The position numbers and the translations under genes are program-made. Under the pieces are notes generated by a model. It was not told the DNA's origin. It was given only the letters and a program-made list of their open reading frames with translations, and made no database searches. Source: Patescibacteria group bacterium (lineage in GTDB: Bacteria > Patescibacteriota > Patescibacteriia > UBA10025 > JAHIVO01). From it: 64,000 nt of DNA. Shown here piece by piece: positions 57,368-64,000 of the stretch (its first letter is position 1; each line of letters starts with the position of its first letter). The stretch spans positions 136 through 64,135 of the forward strand of contig JAXDBW010000042.1 in NCBI GenBank assembly GCA_034678405.1, written 5' to 3'.

Positions 57368-60300
57368 TTATTGTCCCTGCCTGACGATTTCCTTTAATCC
57401 CGTAATTCTATACTTGCCGCGTTTTTTTTCACCCCCCGCCGCATCGACATATGCGTACGGAGCACGGCCGCCTTTGGACTCGAGCATCTCTGACGTGTCA
57501 ATCAGGGTATAGCCCTCGGGTATCGCGTCCGCTTCTTTGATAAAGATGCGCATTCCCATCTGCTCTGCCTTTTTAACTGCGTGCGTTAACATCACTAAAT
57601 CAACGGCGCCACTGGCCGTGCTAGCATATTTCGTTTCGAGAAACAAAGCCGGCTCTCCGCCGGGTAACGACAACATACGGGTAATGCGACGTCCTATTGC
57701 ATTGCCTTTCTCATTTCTGACGATGGTCGCCTTGGTATTCGGTTCACTGATATATGCCATCAGTGCTTCATTATATCCCCCACTATTGTAGTCCTGACAG
57801 GATTTTACCGGATCTGAACCTATTTTAAAACAAGTTTCCAAATCAGAACTGTCCTCCGCAACCAGATTCTGTGCCGCCTGATCACCCGTGCCCAGTTCCT
57901 GGAGTGTTTTTTCAATTGTAATAAAGACGCTTTCCGCGGCCGGAAACCTTTCTTTCAGGCTGCGTATAAATTTACTTAACTTTTGGCTGCGCTTGCCTTC
58001 CTTGCCCTCCAGTAAATATCCCTGTGCGATTTCTTCGGCTTTTAAAAGAGATAAGCGCACCATGTCACGTTCAGCCGAAAGTTGATCTTGGAATCTTTTC
58101 AATTCATCAATTTTGATATTAATTTCTTCACGTTCAGCGCCCTCAGCTCTACTTTTCTGCTTTCCTAAAGCACTTAACTCCTGGCCTATTTTCTTTATTT
58201 CTTCTTTGATTTCTGCGGTTATGGTTTCGGGATCTCCGGCGGCTAAGGCTTCGCTTCCAAGTTCTTGGATATTAGCCTGCAAAATTGATTTAATGGCAAT
58301 CGCAACGTCGGTACTGGATGTTTCGAGTGAGGCCGCCAAATCAGTTTTTTGATCCTGTGACCACGTATCAAATTGACTGTCTGTTAATGCCTCGGGCACA
58401 TGTCCTTCCATCTTAATATCTTCCAGAAGTCTATTCTTTTCAAACCGCCACTCGTGGTATGTACCCAAACCGGCTTGTTGGAAGGCTTCTTTCATCAGGG
58501 ACATAATTTCAGGATTATCGCGGTGTTTGGTTATATACAGCAGGATAGGCGAACCTCCTCCAAATGATTCAATGGCCTTTTGCTGTTCTGATGGGCTTAG
58601 ATCTGGTGCAGTAAGCTGATTACTGATTTCTACACCCAGTTGTTCGCGAAGCTGCGCCCAAGTTTCCGGCAATGTGGACTCGGTCGATTCCTGTTTCATT
58701 CTCTTCAATAGTGCAAAGCTATACGCGTCTTCCAAAAGCCTCTCTTCATCGCTTTCAGATGGATTCTCAGCTGCAAAAATCTTTTCATAATCATCCTGTA
58801 ATCCCTCACTGTGCAACGTCCCGATTGATTTGTAGAGGCGATATCCTTTGGCCAAAAGGGTTGTTTTTTGTTCAGGTGTTTTGGCGCGCTCTAAACGTTT
58901 GAAAATATTACTAATGGTCTTCGGCGCGAATTGAATACGTTCAGTGTCATTCGCCGCATCCTCCATAATTTTTTCCTGGGATATTTCCGGTACAAACCGT
59001 CTGATCTGATCGGCCATTTCATAGCCAACGAACGGATTAATTTTAATCCACGATCGGATTAATCCAGGCCTGTCCTTTTCATCAATATATCCTATGATTC
59101 TGTCGGCGGAGACTAATGCTTCCGAGGGGTGCTTATCAACCAGCTGCTTCAATTTCATTTTTGCCCAATCCGGGGAAACAGCTTTTGACCATTTATGGAA
59201 ATAATCAAGCGCGGCCTCTTCATCCATCCCTATCACACGTTCTAAAAATAATCTGGCCTCATCCTCATTAAATAAATATGAAAAATTAGGGAAATAATCC
59301 AAAACCTGATGAGGAACTAGATATGATAGTTTTTCCACAAACTTAACGAGATCCTCCTCAGTGCCAAGAACCTGACGGATTTTATCCAACTCCATCAAGG
59401 CATGTTGCGGATTCATTTCCGCCTTCCGCAACAGAAAATCCATCAGTTCATCCTCTGAAACCAGCTCCCGTAAAAAATTACCATCCTCAGTCTGAGATCT
59501 GTACGTTTCTAAAAAACGAAAATCTCTTGCTTCGGCGAGAAGTCCTCGTCCGAATTCCCTTTTTTCTTCGCCGGACATGTGCGACATTTGGTCAAAATGA
59601 CGTCGGCCATATACAATACTTTCTGGATATTCTGTCATCAACCGCTTAATGAGCTGTGGGCGCTCTTCCTCCGGTATGACATCGAGGACGATATGGCTAT
59701 TGCGCAGGGCCTCATACGGGGACTCCCGGATGATGATTCGACTGACCCGTTCTCGCTGCTCCGGTGTAATTAATTTATGCCGCAAAACCTCTTCGCTGAA
59801 CATGGGGCTGAAATTTTTTTCTAGCGTGGTGACACACCTCTCCAATATGTCTTCCATGCCGTGTTCACCAAAATACTCCGCAACGAGTTCCGGCTGATCT
59901 AATAAATCATCAGGGGCGTATTGCGCCATGCGTTTCACGGTTTCCGCCTTCCATCCTTCACCTAAAACTGATGCATACTGATTTAAAGTTTTTTCTGGGT
60001 CACTAAAATGATAATGTATGTTTTCCTCCTGGGTAAGCTTGCTTAAGGCTTGTCTTAGTCTTTCTTTGTCAGCTTCAGTAGTAAACAAGGCGCAGTAATG
60101 AGCCACTACTTCACTGGGGACTAAGGCCCTGTCTATCCGTTGTAAAAACGCATCCATCGCCTGCTCACGAGTAAACACTCCTTCACTTACCAATTGATTT
60201 ATATTTTCAAAAAGCTCGTGATCTGAAACCATTTCTGCACAATGTTTTAGGGTTTCCGGCGTCAATCGTGCCCTGACGGAATCTTTTTTAAATAGATTAT

Positions 60301-61075
60301 CTATAGAATACGGACTTTGTGCCGCCGCGTTTACAACCAGCTCATTCAATTCGTGATCATCAAATAAACTGTCATATTTATCAAGATAAAACAAAAACAG
60401 CCGTGGATCCCTTTCGGCAGCTTTCTGAGCAATATTTCTTATCTCATCATCATGAAAGATACCCCTCAATTCCTTGGAATTCATTAAAAAAGCGTCAGGG
60501 CGTTCCTGGAGAGTGTTTCGAATCAACGAATAAAATGATTCAACATCACCACTTGCCTGATCGCGGGCTGCATCCGTGAAAAAACGTTCAGACAAGCCGC
60601 CACTACCCTGCATTCGACTCAATATTCTCTCCATGAGGCCCGTCGGTATCCCGTACTCAAACGGAAGTGGATGGCTATCTCCTTTTGAACCATGACCACG
60701 ATATTTATACGCATTATGTTCATTTTTTCTCAATTTTCTCAAAGCCCCCAAAAAAGTCTGATACTGCTCCTGTAAATCGGAATCTGACTTCATTCGGTCT
60801 TTTAATTCATCTGCCGACAGATGATATATTTGCTCCGGCGGTTCCGGGATCGGCGTCTTATCAACGTCTTCATCATAGTCCATCATACGCGAAGCTTCAG
60901 CAAATCGAAACTGCTGCTCCAGCTCTTGGGGACCTTTTTGGGTGCCAATTGTCTGGACATCTTCCGATGAGGGAACTGTTTTTTCTGGACTATTCGGACA
61001 ATCCGAAGCATGCTCCCCGATTTCCACCGGATAGCCGCAATGCGGGCATTGTGCTGTTGGTTGTTTTTCAGACAC
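57368..61075 (-). CDS. Giant (1235 aa) acidic helical protein with an N-terminal zinc-ribbon
   Basis: N-terminus MSEKQPTAQCPHCGYPVEIGEHASDCPN, shared with the 61520 gene. The rest has no recognisable catalytic motifs. Confidence 0.6.
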   Translation of the reverse strand: MSEKQPTAQCPHCGYPVEIGEHASDCPNSPEKTVPSSEDVQTIGTQKGPQELEQQFRFAEASRMMDYDEDVDKTPIPEPPEQIYHLSADELKDRMKSDSDLQEQYQTFLGALRKLRKNEHNAYKYRGHGSKGDSHPLPFEYGIPTGLMERILSRMQGSGGLSERFFTDAARDQASGDVESFYSLIRNTLQERPDAFLMNSKELRGIFHDDEIRNIAQKAAERDPRLFLFYLDKYDSLFDDHELNELVVNAAAQSPYSIDNLFKKDSVRARLTPETLKHCAEMVSDHELFENINQLVSEGVFTREQAMDAFLQRIDRALVPSEVVAHYCALFTTEADKERLRQALSKLTQEENIHYHFSDPEKTLNQYASVLGEGWKAETVKRMAQYAPDDLLDQPELVAEYFGEHGMEDILERCVTTLEKNFSPMFSEEVLRHKLITPEQRERVSRIIIRESPYEALRNSHIVLDVIPEEERPQLIKRLMTEYPESIVYGRRHFDQMSHMSGEEKREFGRGLLAEARDFRFLETYRSQTEDGNFLRELVSEDELMDFLLRKAEMNPQHALMELDKIRQVLGTEEDLVKFVEKLSYLVPHQVLDYFPNFSYLFNEDEARLFLERVIGMDEEAALDYFHKWSKAVSPDWAKMKLKQLVDKHPSEALVSADRIIGYIDEKDRPGLIRSWIKINPFVGYEMADQIRRFVPEISQEKIMEDAANDTERIQFAPKTISNIFKRLERAKTPEQKTTLLAKGYRLYKSIGTLHSEGLQDDYEKIFAAENPSESDEERLLEDAYSFALLKRMKQESTESTLPETWAQLREQLGVEISNQLTAPDLSPSEQQKAIESFGGGSPILLYITKHRDNPEIMSLMKEAFQQAGLGTYHEWRFEKNRLLEDIKMEGHVPEALTDSQFDTWSQDQKTDLAASLETSSTDVAIAIKSILQANIQELGSEALAAGDPETITAEIKEEIKKIGQELSALGKQKSRAEGAEREEINIKIDELKRFQDQLSAERDMVRLSLLKAEEIAQGYLLEGKEGKRSQKLSKFIRSLKERFPAAESVFITIEKTLQELGTGDQAAQNLVAEDSSDLETCFKIGSDPVKSCQDYNSGGYNEALMAYISEPNTKATIVRNEKGNAIGRRITRMLSLPGGEPALFLETKYASTASGAVDLVMLTHAVKKAEQMGMRIFIKEADAIPEGYTLIDTSEMLESKGGRAPYAYVDAAGGEKKRGKYRITGLKEIVRQGQ

Positions 61076-61523
61076 AGAGCATATCTGCTAACTCTTTTTT
61101 ACGTTCGAATGTCAGCCGAGGTAGCACTTTCCGTACCTCAGCCGTCGCCTCACGCAGTGTCTCGAGCTGCTCCATGCCCCGCAGAGCGATGGCCAGGCGC
61201 TGATCAATGCGCGCTTCCTCGGTGAGGCCGCCCTCAAGCACGACTGCATCATAGCCGTAATGTAATTGCAGTGTACGCACCACCACATCTACGAACCGGG
61301 GATGGTCTGACTGGATCGTCTGCTGCTCGATCGTTATCGCTTTTGAATCACCCTCCCCGGGCAGCATCGCGACGATGCCGTGCTTCCACCAATCATGTAG
61401 CTGCCGTTGCATCCGATACCGCTCGCCGACTGTACCGCCAGAAACAGAAAATATGCCACTTTCTAGTATGATATGCATTGTCCCTGATGGTCTGGTGATG
61501 GTAATTATCCGTTTCATATTCAT
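61068..61523 (-). CDS. Hypothetical protein (151 aa) between the two zinc-ribbon genes
   Basis: Overlaps both neighbours by 4-8 nt, which indicates translational coupling. Confidence 0.5.
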   Translation of the reverse strand: MNMKRIITITRPSGTMHIILESGIFSVSGGTVGERYRMQRQLHDWWKHGIVAMLPGEGDSKAITIEQQTIQSDHPRFVDVVVRTLQLHYGYDAVVLEGGLTEEARIDQRLAIALRGMEQLETLREATAEVRKVLPRLTFERKKELADMLCV

Positions 61524-63148
61524 GATGCTCCGGTAACACTAAAAAGATACTCCTTAATCATATTTGGGCTGTATTCCTTTTCTGAGTACTGTTTTTGCCA
61601 TCGGGCGATTTCCTGGTCGAGAATATCTTCTCCCCACCGCTCAGGATCCTCCAGTTGTCGGCTGACCTGATTTGCGAGAACGGCGAGAGATTCTTTTTCG
61701 CGATCGGATAAGGATTCAGAAAAATCAGTCAGGGATTGTTCTATCCGCTGCCGGGAGGCTTGGACGATCTCTTCGGCAATGGGCGGAAAGATGAGATTGA
61801 AATCAACGTGACTGGCGCGAGTCGCACCCTGCATAAAATGAAGAAACTCTTCTGATATACCCTGCCCACCATTCGCGAGCCATTCCTCGTAAGCTCGCTC
61901 GATTTCCGTCTGTTTCAGCTCCTCTATAGCTGTGCGCACTTGGGGGGGTATCAGCGCCCAGGCACGGTCTCGTTCATCATCGATGACCTGTCGCATATAT
62001 TCCGAACGTGATTGGGACGCAGCACCGACGTCATAATTTGGATCCTTGCGTTTCACCCAATTATCTACCAATGCGAAATCCTCGGGGTATTCACTCTGAA
62101 ACCAGCTCGGGTTGGATAAATAGGCTCCACCAATTTCTGCCCAATACTCAGTGACTTGATTATAGAGCTGGGCTGAGGAATCGGAGTCGTTGATTGCCTG
62201 CACATACTCAGTGATATATCGGTTCTCCCCTTGGAGAAATCGTTTCGTGACCATGGTCAACAGCTCAGCACGTTCGGGTATAGTCATCTGGTTATCCCGT
62301 AACCAGTCATTGGCATGCATAAACTCATGGTTGGCCGTACTCAAAAGTTCATCAATCTGTTCGTGAAGATACAGATCTATGCTGGTTGGTCCTGTGTCTT
62401 TGCCCCGAGCTTGGCCGGCCTTTACCCAGCCCTCTCCGAGATTGTACTGACCGGCCATCGATCGCTCCTCGGCACTAGCATCTGCCCGATAAATAATTGA
62501 GTCAATGTCGCCGCGGATCCAGTGCTCGGGATATGTTTCTTCAAATATCTTCCTAATTGCCTCGGACTCAAATGACGTCCCCTCAAAACCGGTAATCACC
62601 TCGGGTGATGTCGGTATCTGCCCCAATGCCCGACGCTTGAAATTATCTTGGGCCACATTCATAAATAACTGATATTCACTATCACCATATATGTCCCGCA
62701 GATAATCCAGATCGCCCTGAGCTTCGTGCAGCTCCTGTGCTATGTGCTCAAAACTCTCCGTGAAATTCTCCGACTGCTGCCACTGGGTATCGAGTTGTTG
62801 CCAAAACGGCACGGTTTCGGCCGTGTTAGTCGACTGTTGCTGTGATTCCCGCGATACCCGCTCGATGGCCATCCCTTCCTTCAGTGGAGAGAGTAGCGCC
62901 AGGGAAATAAAACCAATCTCAGCCAGATGATTGAGGCTGCGCTTCATACGTTCGATACGGCTGGAAGAGACCCGTTCTGATCGTTCTGCTTCCAGGGTCT
63001 GTAATTGCTCCGTGATATCAATTAGCTCAGGATCCGGTAGTGCCTCCTGATCACCCACCTCTCGATTCGGGCAGCCCACAGCATGCTCGCCCGTTTCTAC
63101 GGGATAGCCACAGTACTGACATTGTGATTGTGGTTGTGCTTCAGGCAT
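61520..63148 (-). CDS. Zinc-ribbon N-terminus protein with an HExxH motif (542 aa)
   Basis: N-terminus MPEAQPQSQCQYCGYPVETGEHAVGCPN, and an internal ANHEFMHANDW. Confidence 0.6.
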   Translation of the reverse strand: MPEAQPQSQCQYCGYPVETGEHAVGCPNREVGDQEALPDPELIDITEQLQTLEAERSERVSSSRIERMKRSLNHLAEIGFISLALLSPLKEGMAIERVSRESQQQSTNTAETVPFWQQLDTQWQQSENFTESFEHIAQELHEAQGDLDYLRDIYGDSEYQLFMNVAQDNFKRRALGQIPTSPEVITGFEGTSFESEAIRKIFEETYPEHWIRGDIDSIIYRADASAEERSMAGQYNLGEGWVKAGQARGKDTGPTSIDLYLHEQIDELLSTANHEFMHANDWLRDNQMTIPERAELLTMVTKRFLQGENRYITEYVQAINDSDSSAQLYNQVTEYWAEIGGAYLSNPSWFQSEYPEDFALVDNWVKRKDPNYDVGAASQSRSEYMRQVIDDERDRAWALIPPQVRTAIEELKQTEIERAYEEWLANGGQGISEEFLHFMQGATRASHVDFNLIFPPIAEEIVQASRQRIEQSLTDFSESLSDREKESLAVLANQVSRQLEDPERWGEDILDQEIARWQKQYSEKEYSPNMIKEYLFSVTGAS

Positions 63149-63177
63149 AGTCCAATACCTTACTACACGACTAAAAT

Positions 63178-63996
63178 TTATTCAACGACCACACCGCTAT
63201 TCCCCAGTAGCCCCCACATCCACGTGAAGTGGTCGACGGAGAGATACCGTTCACCAGAGAGTGGATCAAGCACGATGATGCGCGTCGGTCCGGACGCTGC
63301 GCCGACATACCCAATCACCACGAACGTGTGTTCGCCCATGATAGCGTCAATATGTTTACCATCAGGTGTTTGCCAGTCGATATCCGTACCACTACCGGCT
63401 GTACCCCAGATGATCACCGGATGACCCTGCTGGATTTCACCGATGATATGCCCCAGCTGCCCTCCAGTAAAGGCTCGCGTGGTGCGATAGGCAGCGCCCG
63501 CCTGGGCAATCGGATCCCAGTACACTCCATACCCCGTCGAGGGCTGGCGGCCGTCGATATCACCAACAAATGCTACGTTTGGATCACCCCAGACGCCATC
63601 TGATTTGGGCGTGGGATCAAAACCAATCGCGTCTATGAGTGGTTGCTCATCAACATTTACCCCAAAATACGATAATGCCATTTTCAGGGTGGCTACTTCA
63701 CAGCTCAGCGGATGATCCTGTCGATCGTAGGCGATGTTCAGTTTCGTGACGGATAGCTCAGTCGCAAATGTGATCTGCTGATCAGTATCCGATGGAAACC
63801 CGTCGACACTCTTAATTCCCTTGGCGAGAGTGACCGTATAGGTGCTATTAAATTCAAGAGTGGCTGCGGGAGTAAATATCATAGTGTTTCCATCCCACGA
63901 GATGGTGCCGTCCACGGCTGGTGAAATGCTAAACTTACTTGCGGCTGAATCCGTATTTACCGCCTGATCAAATGCGATGCGGATGGCACTACTCAC
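63178..63996 (-). CDS. C39-like cysteine peptidase domain protein. The N-terminus may extend beyond the window end.
   Basis: Candidate catalytic Cys in HPLSCEVATLKMALSYFG and His in HTFVVIGY. The first in-frame start inside the window is the GTG at 63996, and the frame is still open at 64000. Confidence 0.55.
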   Translation of the reverse strand: MSSAIRIAFDQAVNTDSAASKFSISPAVDGTISWDGNTMIFTPAATLEFNSTYTVTLAKGIKSVDGFPSDTDQQITFATELSVTKLNIAYDRQDHPLSCEVATLKMALSYFGVNVDEQPLIDAIGFDPTPKSDGVWGDPNVAFVGDIDGRQPSTGYGVYWDPIAQAGAAYRTTRAFTGGQLGHIIGEIQQGHPVIIWGTAGSGTDIDWQTPDGKHIDAIMGEHTFVVIGYVGAASGPTRIIVLDPLSGERYLSVDHFTWMWGLLGNSGVVVE

Positions 63997-64000
63997 GCTG

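Noticed and set aside
1-64000. Search for CRISPR arrays, rRNA genes, reverse transcriptase, and integrase/transposase genes
   Set aside because: I found no regularly spaced direct repeats, no rRNA-like conserved blocks, and no RT, integrase or transposase motifs in any long ORF. The only mobile-element-like signals are the GIY-YIG/tRNA locus and the hairpin repeats.

Overview
This 64 kb window is dominated by housekeeping genes of a compact bacterial genome with about 50% GC. The recognised genes are a purine interconversion block (truB-purA-guaB-add-guaA on the minus strand, with purB nearby), dnaX, cysS, dnaJ, and a CIRCE/HrcA-controlled heat-shock cluster (hrcA-grpE-hsp20-dnaK). Around these sit many small membrane and secreted hypothetical proteins, two paralogous EamA transporters and an ABC-2 exporter.

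The parts I would look at again are these:
- A tRNA-Pro(CGG) locus where one intact tRNA is flanked by tRNA-derived fragments, palindromic hairpins and a small GIY-YIG endonuclease gene.
- A tRNA-Gln(CUG) gene followed by two degenerate copies.
- A dispersed hairpin repeat family (TTGTCATyCyGA...GGATCTC) clustered in the heat-shock region.
- A low-GC island just upstream of dnaK that encodes an HExxH protein, zinc-ribbon proteins and a PD-(D/E)xK nuclease-like protein.
- An orphan VirD4/TraG-like coupling ATPase next to a SAM methyltransferase.
- A membrane-anchored Clp-like AAA+ protein that has only the first ATPase domain (D1).
- A CysRS with a zinc-ribbon insertion in front of the KMSKS motif.
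- A 17 kb uninterrupted minus-strand gene train. It contains four Cys-rich proteins with pilin-like N-termini, a CheY-like regulator, an AbrB/ABC-2 module, and a mirror-symmetric arrangement [C39-like peptidase]-[Zn-ribbon giant protein]-[small protein]-[Zn-ribbon HExxH protein]-[C39-like peptidase]. This last module is the best candidate for an undescribed system in the window.

I found no rRNA, CRISPR array, reverse transcriptase, transposase or integrase.
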